DNA from: Candidatus Melainabacteria bacterium
GTDB lineage: Bacteria > Cyanobacteriota > Vampirovibrionia > LMEP-6097
Assembly (NCBI GenBank): GCA_005110385.1
Contig: DUDT01000012.1
Coordinates: 84,600 to 148,599 of the forward strand
DNA: 64,000 bases
Direction of reading: 5' to 3'
A model generated the notes under the pieces. That model ran no database searches, was not told the DNA's origin, and saw nothing but the letters and a program-made list of their open reading frames with translations. The position numbers were made by a program, and so were the translations under genes. Positions 56,371 to 64,000 of this stretch are shown piece after piece (position 1 is the first letter of the stretch; every line of letters begins with the position of its first letter).

Positions 56371-57309
56371 ATGTTATCAAGATATTACACCCTAAAACAA
56401 TATCTCCAAAATCGCTTTGGAGAGAAGCTCCATCGTGTAACTCTTGAAGGTGGTTTCACCTGTCCTAATCGTGATGGCACGAAAGCTGTTGGTGGCTGCA
56501 CTTTCTGTACCGACGATGGTTCATCTTCTGGAGCGAGGAATCCCGCTCATACTATATCTGCCCAGCTCGCTGACGGTATAGAGAAACAGGGGAAACGCTT
56601 TGGAATAAATCAGTTTATCGCTTATTTACAATCCTTTACTAATACCTATGCTGATGTGGATTATTTAAGGACTATTTATAATCAAGCTGTAAGTGATGAG
56701 CGGGTAAAAGTATTAGCTATAGGCTCTCGCCCTGATTGTGTTCCAGATAAGGTGATAGATCTTTTTGAAGAATATACAGCAAGAGGGCTGGAGCTGTGGG
56801 TGGATATCGGAGTGCAGAGCTCGCATAACAAGACTTTAGATCTTATTAATAGAGCTCATACTTATGAAGATTTTACTGATGCCGTGAAAAGAATTAAGGC
56901 TAGAAAAAATCCTCTACTCAGAGTCTGTACTCATGTGATTTTAGGACTCCCAGAAGAGACTCCAGAAATGATGTTGAAGACAGCAGAGAGCCTTGCTGAG
57001 CAGGATATAGACGACCTGAAAATTCACCAACTCTGTATTTTCAAGGGAACAGCTATGGAAATAGATTACTTAAATGGTGATCTTTCTGTGATAGAAAGAG
57101 ATGAGTATATAAAGATCTTGGCTGATTTTATCGCAAGAATACCAGAGAAGGTAGTTATTCAGCGAGTTATGGGTGAAGGTAAGGTCGGGGAGCTGATCGC
57201 TCCAGAGTGGGCTGACCATGGGATGAAGCAGAAATTTTTACATGAATTTCATAAATATTTAGATGAAAATGATATTCGGCAGGGTGGCTTAATGGCACCG
57301 TTGCCCTAA
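56371..57309 (+). CDS. TIGR01212-family radical SAM protein
   Basis: GGFTCPNRDGTKAVGGCTFC motif; I prefer ATG 56371 over the track start 56302, which overlaps mnmG. Confidence 0.8.
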   Translation: MLSRYYTLKQYLQNRFGEKLHRVTLEGGFTCPNRDGTKAVGGCTFCTDDGSSSGARNPAHTISAQLADGIEKQGKRFGINQFIAYLQSFTNTYADVDYLRTIYNQAVSDERVKVLAIGSRPDCVPDKVIDLFEEYTARGLELWVDIGVQSSHNKTLDLINRAHTYEDFTDAVKRIKARKNPLLRVCTHVILGLPEETPEMMLKTAESLAEQDIDDLKIHQLCIFKGTAMEIDYLNGDLSVIERDEYIKILADFIARIPEKVVIQRVMGEGKVGELIAPEWADHGMKQKFLHEFHKYLDENDIRQGGLMAPLP

Positions 57310-57860
57310 TATCTCTGCGGTATGTCTAGAAACATTAATAGCAAATCATCATATTGATAATAACGATTCTTTAAAAAGAACCCTTCTTCTATGACTGAAT
57401 CTCTGAGCTGATTTGGGGCTATTGCTCTTGATGGTCTGCTGAAAGTAGGTGGGAATTTATTAAGTAGTAAATTTAATTTATTTTGAAATGAACATAAATT
57501 AGTACCGATAAGTATTAGTAAACCTGGTCTAATAATCATCGGAGCTAATTCGTTGAGAATTTCTCTGAGATTGTCGCTGCAAGGCATATCTAAGTCTAAA
57601 ATTATGTAGGAGAAAGATTTGTGGGTTCTAGATATATTCTGAGATCTTAATTCATCTGGATTTAAACTAGATACTTTATTGAATATATTATTGACAGCAA
57701 GCATTTCAGAGATCTGGTTCTGTTTATCACTGATATGTAAGATGCTCTGCCCTGTTCTAATTTCACGCCTGATTTTTTTTAACATTAAGCGATGAAAGTT
57801 TTCTTGCTTGGAATTTGCGGGATTTACTTTTGTGGAATCTTGTAGATGAGAGTTGTTCAT
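57306..57860 (-). CDS. hypothetical protein (weak methyltransferase-fold-like pattern)
   Basis: 184-codon ORF, 4-nt overlap with the hisD stop; YIILDLD and PGLLILIG resemble degenerate SAM-MTase motifs. Confidence 0.4.
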   Translation of the reverse strand: MNNSHLQDSTKVNPANSKQENFHRLMLKKIRREIRTGQSILHISDKQNQISEMLAVNNIFNKVSSLNPDELRSQNISRTHKSFSYIILDLDMPCSDNLREILNELAPMIIRPGLLILIGTNLCSFQNKLNLLLNKFPPTFSRPSRAIAPNQLRDSVIEEGFFLKNRYYQYDDLLLMFLDIPQRY

Positions 57861-59188
57861 AATTGTGAAACCCTGTTTATGATTGCCTGAGCATGAGCTT
57901 CTAGATTCTCTGCTCTAGCGAGTCTTGCTGTATGTTTGGCTAATTCTTTGAAGCCATTACAGTCCTTGGAGACTCCTCTGAAATCGATTAAAGAACTTTT
58001 TTTCATAAAATCAGCGGAATGAAGTCCAGATGCGTACCTTGCCCCTCTGCCAGTAGGCAGGCAGTGGCTAGGACCAGCTAAGTAATCACCAAGACTTTCA
58101 CAGGCATTAGCTCCGATGAAAATCGCTCCAGCGTGTTTAACGCTAGGTATAAGAATGCTAGCTAAAGAATCTACCACTTGTAATTCTAAATGCTCGGGGG
58201 CATAGAAATTGATGAGTGCTGATATCTCATCTGGATTGTCGCTGAAGATACAAGCACTATAGTTTTTGTAGGAAGACCTAATGACAGCTATTTGCTCATC
58301 TGTTTTATGAGCTTTTAAAGAATCTATCTGTGCTTCTATTTCTTGAATTGAATCTGCTAATAATTTCTGATCAGTGCATATTAATAGCGCAGACTCTAGG
58401 CCTGAGCCATGCTCTAACTGGCTTAAAAAGTCAGCTGCTATTTCTTTTGGATTTGCACTGTTATCTGCGACTATAGTAAGCTCACTAGGACCGAAAATTC
58501 CATCTATGCCTATAGTTCCGAACACATTTTTCTTGGCTAAGCTAACAAAAATATTACCAGGCCCGACTACTTTATCTACGGGCTTTATAGTCTCCGTGCC
58601 ATAAGCTGCTGCAGCTATCGCTTGAGCACCACCTATAGGATAAATTTCATCTATATCAAGGAGATCGGCTAAGCCTTGAATACTTGGGTGTATAGGTGGC
58701 GGGCTGAAGAGTACTATGCGTTTAACACCAGCTACTTTTGCTGGTATAACTGTCATAAGTACGGTGGAGAATAAGGGGGCTTTTCCACCTGGAATGTATA
58801 CTGCGACAGAGTCTAGGCTAGTATATCTCACTCCGAGTCTTTCTCCTAGGTTACCTGTAAATCCCCAACCTTGAGCAAAATTAGAACTTCTATATTCTTC
58901 AATATGAAATCTTTCTATTCTTTCTTTAGCTACTTCTAAAGACTGTTTTAATTCTGCGTCGAGTAATTTATAAGTTCCTTTTACGGAGATACCTTTCAGC
59001 TCTTCATCTTTAAGGATATATTTGTCGAATTTTTCTGAGAATTCTTTTATTGCTGAATTGCCTTTATTCTTAACCTTGTTAACTATTTCACTCACACTCT
59101 TTTCTATGTGGCTAAGATTTTCAGGATCAAGCCTAGAATTGATTTTTTTTATGACATCCAAATTGGATAGTTCTTTTGAACTTAACAT
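57857..59188 (-). CDS. hisD: histidinol dehydrogenase
   Basis: YIPGGKAPLFSTVLM, QLEHGSG and GDYLAGPSHCLPTG motifs. Confidence 0.9.
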   Translation of the reverse strand: MLSSKELSNLDVIKKINSRLDPENLSHIEKSVSEIVNKVKNKGNSAIKEFSEKFDKYILKDEELKGISVKGTYKLLDAELKQSLEVAKERIERFHIEEYRSSNFAQGWGFTGNLGERLGVRYTSLDSVAVYIPGGKAPLFSTVLMTVIPAKVAGVKRIVLFSPPPIHPSIQGLADLLDIDEIYPIGGAQAIAAAAYGTETIKPVDKVVGPGNIFVSLAKKNVFGTIGIDGIFGPSELTIVADNSANPKEIAADFLSQLEHGSGLESALLICTDQKLLADSIQEIEAQIDSLKAHKTDEQIAVIRSSYKNYSACIFSDNPDEISALINFYAPEHLELQVVDSLASILIPSVKHAGAIFIGANACESLGDYLAGPSHCLPTGRGARYASGLHSADFMKKSSLIDFRGVSKDCNGFKELAKHTARLARAENLEAHAQAIINRVSQL

Positions 59189-59213
59189 GGTTTTGATTAT
59201 AGCTTTTCAAGCC

Positions 59214-59549
59214 TTAGAGAATCGCAGCCATTTCGCCATTTTGGTGCATTTCCATAATGATGTCACAGCCGCCGATAAATTCTTTATTTACATAAAGCTG
59301 CGGGAAAGTCGCCCACTCAGAGTAAATTTTCATTCCAGCTCTTAGATCTGGGTTAGAGAGTATGTCATAAGTAGCATATTCGCTATCATGAAAATTTAAT
59401 ACTTTGACTACTGCATCGGAGAACCCACACTGTGGCTGGAATCTATCCCCTTTCATAAATAGGACTATTTTATCTTTAGCTAGAATAGTGTCGATTTTCT
59501 CTTTTAATTCCGATGGAAGTTCACCTTGTGTTGTGTTGCCGATTTGCAT
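59214..59549 (-). CDS. grxD: monothiol (CGFS) glutaredoxin, Grx4 family
   Basis: VLFMKG...PQCGFS active site, WATFPQLYV, GGCDI. Confidence 0.85.
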   Translation of the reverse strand: MQIGNTTQGELPSELKEKIDTILAKDKIVLFMKGDRFQPQCGFSDAVVKVLNFHDSEYATYDILSNPDLRAGMKIYSEWATFPQLYVNKEFIGGCDIIMEMHQNGEMAAIL

Positions 59550-59587
59550 ATTTTGCTCCTTTGTTTTTATTTTTTGAAATAATGTGT

Positions 59588-59827
59588 TTAATTTTCAGTA
59601 CCGCTAGATTTAATCATGAGTGCGTGTATCGCTTCACTAGCTAAAGGTTCTTTTAAAATTTCATAGATTTTTCTATGCTGTTTGATTTTGGGAATATTAT
59701 TAAACTCGGGTGTCTTAATTTCTATTTCCCAGTGATTATGACTGCCCGCGCTTAAGTCATTGACTATGAGGGTCTCGACTTTGAGTTCTTGTTTTATCAT
59801 TGTTTCTATTTCTTTTTCACTTATCAT
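59588..59827 (-). CDS. BolA family protein
   Basis: 79 aa; KQHRKIYEIL and IHALMIKS fit the BolA fold motifs. Confidence 0.75.
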   Translation of the reverse strand: MISEKEIETMIKQELKVETLIVNDLSAGSHNHWEIEIKTPEFNNIPKIKQHRKIYEILKEPLASEAIHALMIKSSGTEN

Positions 59828-59842
59828 AGTTGGTTTTCCTTT

Positions 59843-61096
59843 TTATAATATAGCTAAAACTTTTTCTAGGGCTGTGAAGAAAGAGTCTATATCTTCTTTA
59901 GTATTATAAAATGCAAAAGAAGCTCTTGCTGTAGAACTTAGTCCAAATCTTTGCATAACTGGCTGAGCGCAGTGATGCCCGACTCGTATCGCGACACCGT
60001 ATTCGTTAATTAAAGTACCTATATCAAAGGCTTCTGCGATATCTGAGGTGAAAGATATTAAAGATGCCTTATTTTTGGCATTACCAATAATATTTATGTT
60101 TTTAAATTCTCTAATGCGAGCGGTAGCATAATTTAATAATTCATTTTCATAGTCAGAGATTAGATCTAAGCCAATATTTTCTAAATAGTTTATAGAACTT
60201 GCTAACCCTATTACTTCTGCGATAGCAGGTGTGCCAGCCTCGAAACGGTGTGGAGGAGTGGTAAAGGTGGTTTTCTCAAAAGTGACTTTCTCTATCATTT
60301 CACCACCACCTTGATAAGGAGGCATAATTTCGAGTAGATCATATTTCCCATACAGTACTCCTACGCCAGTGGGACCAAAAATTTTATGACCAGAGAATAC
60401 GAAAAAATCTGCATCTAAGTCCTGCATATCCACTTTAAAATGACCAGCAGATTGGGCTCCGTCTATTAATACTTTTACTCCTTCTGCATGGGCAGCTTGA
60501 ATCATTTCTTTTATTGGGTTTATAGTTCCAATAGAATTAGAGATATGTGTTAAAGCTAGTATTTTCAGTCTTGGAGTTTTAATTAATTTCGTAAAAGCCT
60601 CTTGGTCTAATTCACCATTCTCAAGAACTGGAATAACTAAAATTTTAGCTCCGATTTTTTCTGCTTGAAGCTGCCAAGGGACTATATTTGCATGATGTTC
60701 GAGCCCTGAAATTAAGATACTATCTCCTGCTTTGATAAAGGCAGATGAAAAGCTGTAGGCTACGAGGTTTATGCTTTCAGTGCTACCTCGTGTGAACACT
60801 ATTTCAGATGATGATTTCGCATTAATGAATTTTGCTACTCTCTCTCTAGCTTCATCAAAGGCTTTAGTAGAATTAATTGACAAGCTATAAAGCCCTCTTC
60901 TCACCGTACCATTTTCGTTCAACATAAAGTCTCTTATGCGATTTATAGTACAGGTAGGTTTATGAGTAGTAGCGGCGTTGTCTAAGTAGATTAAATTTTT
61001 GCCATTAATGCTCGAATCTAGTATAGGAAAATCTTGTCTAATTTTAATTAAATCTAGTTTCGCTGGGATTTTAAATTCAGTACTGCTGTTTAACAT
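59843..61096 (-). CDS. sufS: cysteine desulfurase SufS
   Basis: YLDNAATT, SGHKIFGPTGVGVLYG (PLP Lys), RVGHHCAQP (catalytic Cys). Confidence 0.9.
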   Translation of the reverse strand: MLNSSTEFKIPAKLDLIKIRQDFPILDSSINGKNLIYLDNAATTHKPTCTINRIRDFMLNENGTVRRGLYSLSINSTKAFDEARERVAKFINAKSSSEIVFTRGSTESINLVAYSFSSAFIKAGDSILISGLEHHANIVPWQLQAEKIGAKILVIPVLENGELDQEAFTKLIKTPRLKILALTHISNSIGTINPIKEMIQAAHAEGVKVLIDGAQSAGHFKVDMQDLDADFFVFSGHKIFGPTGVGVLYGKYDLLEIMPPYQGGGEMIEKVTFEKTTFTTPPHRFEAGTPAIAEVIGLASSINYLENIGLDLISDYENELLNYATARIREFKNINIIGNAKNKASLISFTSDIAEAFDIGTLINEYGVAIRVGHHCAQPVMQRFGLSSTARASFAFYNTKEDIDSFFTALEKVLAIL

Positions 61097-61104
61097 GGTT
61101 TCCC

Positions 61105-62472
61105 TTATTTCAATTTATGTACAGTATTCGCTGTATGTATTGTAGTGTCTAAATTTTCTAAAGTTAGGTTACGTATGTGCTGCTTTGCGCTATCTATGGT
61201 TACTTTCTGTATGATCTCTTCACAGAAACTCAGGGTAAGCATCGCAAGAGCATCATCCTTTTTTATGCCACGACTAAGCAGATAGAAAATTTCATCTTCA
61301 TCAAGCTCTCCTACAGTAGACCCATGTGAGCATTTTACGTCATCAGCCAAGATTTTTAATTGTGGTCTAGAGTCTATGTGAGCAGTATTTGAGAGTAGAA
61401 GATTTTTGTTTAGCTGTGTAGCATTGGTACCATTAGCACCCTCGCTAACATTGATTTCACCGTTAAATTCTGCTCTTGCAGAGTCTGAAATTATACCTTT
61501 ATAGAGTTGATTGCTAGTGCAATTGGGAACCAAATGATTTACTTTGATAACATTATGCGCTTTACGGTCTTTATTTAATATATAAAATCCAGCTAGACCT
61601 GCATTAGCACCAGGTTCTAATAAGTCTACTTTTATATTGTCTCGTGAATGATTAGCTTTCAGATCTAGAGAATTATATTCAAAGTTACTATTTTTCATTA
61701 ATCTTGCGTAAAGATCATAGAGTAAAATCCCTTGCTGTGTATCATCTTGGATTTTGTCTAGTTTGAAATGAGCTCCCTCTGAGAGAATTAGCTCTACTAC
61801 GGCATTATTTACGAAATGACTATTGGCTAGACCTATGTAGCTGACTATGATTTTGAGTTTGGCATTTTTACCTAGATGAATTAATGAACGAGTTTGATTG
61901 AAGCAGCTTTCATTAGAAAAATGTAAGATTTGTATAGTTTCTTCGATTTCAGTATCGTCTGGTACGCTTAGTAGGAAACCGTTACTCATCAATGCAGTAT
62001 TACATGCTTTGAAGAAACTGTCTTCCTGATTGATCTTGTGTGCGAAGTGTTGATTGATAATCTCTTCTTCGGTGGGATGTTTTTTTAATTGATCAGGGTC
62101 GTTAAAATCTATAATAGAGATATTTTTGTTAGTAAGACTAGTGCTAGACAGCTCCTTAGAGAAATGACCGTTTACTGTAACCAGTAGATTTTCAGAGCAT
62201 TCTGGGAACCTGTGTTTGCGGATAATTTCTTTATCAAGCTTATTAATTTCACAAATATCTAAGGTGAAGAAATTTTCTAATATTGGCTGAGAATCATAAT
62301 ATTTCCAGTCCTCTGAACTTTTCTGTGGAAAACCAAGTTCAGTTACTCTTTTAATTGCAGTTTCTTGGCGGCTTCTGATATTAGGAATCTCAGAGAGCAT
62401 GCTAGAACTTGCTCTGAAGATCTGCTCAATAAACTCTATTTCATTTTTATTTCTTTCAGCTAAGTTTGGCAT
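61105..62472 (-). CDS. sufD: Fe-S cluster assembly protein SufD
   Basis: Position between sufC and sufS; C-terminal LKILADDVKCSHGSTVGELDEDEIFYLLSRGI. Confidence 0.85.
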   Translation of the reverse strand: MPNLAERNKNEIEFIEQIFRASSSMLSEIPNIRSRQETAIKRVTELGFPQKSSEDWKYYDSQPILENFFTLDICEINKLDKEIIRKHRFPECSENLLVTVNGHFSKELSSTSLTNKNISIIDFNDPDQLKKHPTEEEIINQHFAHKINQEDSFFKACNTALMSNGFLLSVPDDTEIEETIQILHFSNESCFNQTRSLIHLGKNAKLKIIVSYIGLANSHFVNNAVVELILSEGAHFKLDKIQDDTQQGILLYDLYARLMKNSNFEYNSLDLKANHSRDNIKVDLLEPGANAGLAGFYILNKDRKAHNVIKVNHLVPNCTSNQLYKGIISDSARAEFNGEINVSEGANGTNATQLNKNLLLSNTAHIDSRPQLKILADDVKCSHGSTVGELDEDEIFYLLSRGIKKDDALAMLTLSFCEEIIQKVTIDSAKQHIRNLTLENLDTTIHTANTVHKLK

Positions 62473-63220
62473 TTAAAATGTCATATCCCTTTTTCTCTAA
62501 CTCTAAAGCAAGATCGGCTTTCCCTGATAGAACTATTCTACCTTCGCTAAGTACATGTACTTGATCGGGTACTACATAGTCTAAAAGCCTTTGGTAGTGA
62601 GTTATCATTAATACGCCATTGCCAGTGTTTTTGTAGGCATTGATGCCGTTTGCTACCGCTTTGAGAGCATCTATGTCTAAGCCAGAGTCTATTTCGTCTA
62701 AAACTACTAGTTTTGGTTCTAAAATTAACATCTGAAGGATTTCATTTTTTTTCTTTTCTCCACCAGAGAAACCTTCATTTAGGTTACGGTTTAGGAAATC
62801 ATTTTTCATGCTGAGTATTTCTAGTTTGCTTTCGACGAGATCATCAAAGTCAAGGGGGTCTGCTTCTTCTAGCCCATGATATTTTTGTTTAGAATTATAC
62901 GCCATTCTTAGAAATTCAAGATTATTTACACCAGCTATTTCTAGGGGGTATTGGAATGCTAAAAACAGTCCTAGATTAGCTCTCTCATTAGCTTCTAATT
63001 CGTTTAAATCTCGTCCGAGGAAATTCATGGAACCACTGGAAACCTTGTAAGCTGGATGCCCAGAGAGTATTTTAGATAAAGTACTTTTTCCAGAGCCGTT
63101 AGGTCCCATGATGGCATGCACTTCACCTGCTTTAATGGTAAGATTAAGACCTTTTAGGATTTTATCACCGTCTTCTAGATTGGCTTCGAGGTTTTTTACT
63201 TCTAGTATTGTTTCTGTCAT
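62456..63220 (-). CDS. sufC: Fe-S cluster assembly ATPase SufC
   Basis: GPNGSGKST, FSGGEKKKNEILQ, LDEIDSGLD. Confidence 0.92.
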   Translation of the reverse strand: MTETILEVKNLEANLEDGDKILKGLNLTIKAGEVHAIMGPNGSGKSTLSKILSGHPAYKVSSGSMNFLGRDLNELEANERANLGLFLAFQYPLEIAGVNNLEFLRMAYNSKQKYHGLEEADPLDFDDLVESKLEILSMKNDFLNRNLNEGFSGGEKKKNEILQMLILEPKLVVLDEIDSGLDIDALKAVANGINAYKNTGNGVLMITHYQRLLDYVVPDQVHVLSEGRIVLSGKADLALELEKKGYDILNAKLS

Positions 63221-63281
63221 TGCTCTATTGTTATTTTTCCTGTTTTTGTTTTACTTGAAAATTTATTTTCTTGATTTTACT

Positions 63282-64000
63282 CTAGCCGACGCTGTTTTCC
63301 AGTTTTAAAGACATTAACTGATTCGCTTCTGCTGCAAATTCACCAGGTAATTCTTTAAACACATCTTTGCAAAATCCACTAATAATAAGGGCTATCGCAG
63401 ATTCTAAACTTATGCCACGTTGTTGTAAATAGAAAAGCTGCTCTTCAGATATTTTAGAAGTGGAAGCTTCGTGTTCAACACGGTTTGAATCCCCTTCTAC
63501 TTCGATGTAAGGGACTGTACTTGCTCTACAGTGTGAGCCAATTAACATAGAGTCGCACTGAGTATAATTTCTAGCTCCTTTAGCTCTTTCTCCCATCTTC
63601 ACTAAGCCTCTGTAGGTGTTGGAAGATTTACCTGCTGATATACCTTTGCTGATAATGGTAGATTTAGTATTTTTACCGATATGTATCATTTTAGTTCCAG
63701 TATCAGCTTGTTGCATATTGTTTGTTAAAGCGACTGAATAAAATTCTCCGATGCTATTATCTCCAAGTAAGATGCAGCTAGGATATTTCCATGTAATGGC
63801 GGAACCAGTCTCTACCTGTGTCCAAGAGATTTTAGAGTTTTTCCCAGCGCATTTACCACGCTTGGTAACGAAGTTATAGATTCCACCTTTACCATTTTCG
63901 TCTCCAGCATACCAGTTCTGAACTGTAGAATATTTAATTTCCGAATTATCTAAAGTAACTAGTTCTACGACTGCTGCGTGTAATTGGTTTTCATCGAAAG
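63282..64000 (-). CDS. sufB: Fe-S cluster assembly protein SufB, C-terminal part; the gene continues beyond the window
   Basis: The frame stays open from 63716 to the window edge ([48 protein letters not shown]...), followed by the typical SufB C-terminus. Confidence 0.9.
   Translation of the reverse strand, partial: FDENQLHAAVVELVTLDNSEIKYSTVQNWYAGDENGKGGIYNFVTKRGKCAGKNSKISWTQVETGSAITWKYPSCILLGDNSIGEFYSVALTNNMQQADTGTKMIHIGKNTKSTIISKGISAGKSSNTYRGLVKMGERAKGARNYTQCDSMLIGSHCRASTVPYIEVEGDSNRVEHEASTSKISEEQLFYLQQRGISLESAIALIISGFCKDVFKELPGEFAAEANQLMSLKLENSVG

Noticed and set aside
6835-63308. Other embedded or antisense track ORFs: 6835-7239, 7979-8197, 12123-12329, 16540-16788, 16602-16880, 19070-19303, 20604-20810, 20991-21299, 30619-30885, 31647-31946, 36347-36607, 42864-43085, 46413-46622, 49091-49315, 51743-51958, 52314-52538, 52441-52722, 58374-58604, 59022-59345, 63108-63308
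   Set aside because: Each lies wholly inside a longer ORF with strong family motifs on the opposite strand or in another frame. None shows a motif of its own.
1-64000. Alternative genetic code (for example UGA reassignment)
   Set aside because: Conserved housekeeping genes are full length under the standard code, and TGA terminates credible ORFs at the expected length (for example at 970-972).

Overview
AT-rich bacterial chromosomal segment read with the standard code (TAA, TAG and TGA all end long conserved ORFs). I support about 60 CDS and two minus-strand tRNAs, Lys-UUU and Gln-UUG; I found no rRNA or CRISPR array. All family names come from motifs I recognise by eye, since no database search was possible, and I cannot assign a taxon.

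Core genes:
- grpE-truA, lgt, a polyprenyl-phosphate sugar transferase, fliI
- an unusual atpA-rplD-rplW cluster
- di-haem cytochrome c peroxidase, U32 peptidase, a GT4 (MraY/WecA-like) transferase, a BioA-like aminotransferase, MarR
- bcp, tsaD, xth, a 1108-aa UvrD-type helicase fused to a nuclease, a radical-SAM-like gene coupled to recO
- flhB, fliR, a deoC-like gene, proB, a sodium:alanine symporter, glnA, mnmG, a TIGR01212 radical SAM gene, hisD
- a grx-bolA-sufS-sufD-sufC-sufB block; sufB runs off the 3' edge of the window

An accessory block spans about 18.1-33.8 kb:
- a GH94 gene remnant next to a frameshifted IS5-like element
- an 814-aa internally repetitive RTX/EF-hand-like protein and a SYLF-domain protein
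- a MntA/HepT toxin-antitoxin pair
- a 222/223-bp tandem array in which every unit starts with the 3' end of tRNA-Lys
- an 8.4-kb integrative island bounded by a perfect 45-bp duplication of the tRNA-Lys 3' end. It carries one intact and one broken tyrosine recombinase, a DUF3854/DUF3987-like replication module and unknown cargo.

The two most interesting signals:
1. A miniature inverted-repeat element family is present at eight or more sites in 64 kb. Three of these sites are in-frame insertions inside housekeeping genes (truA, lgt, recO). All three are in the same orientation and frame and add an acidic ENAE(IED) peptide, which resembles Rickettsia palindromic elements in behaviour.
2. The tRNA-Lys integration hotspot, with its tandem array of att-bearing mini-units.
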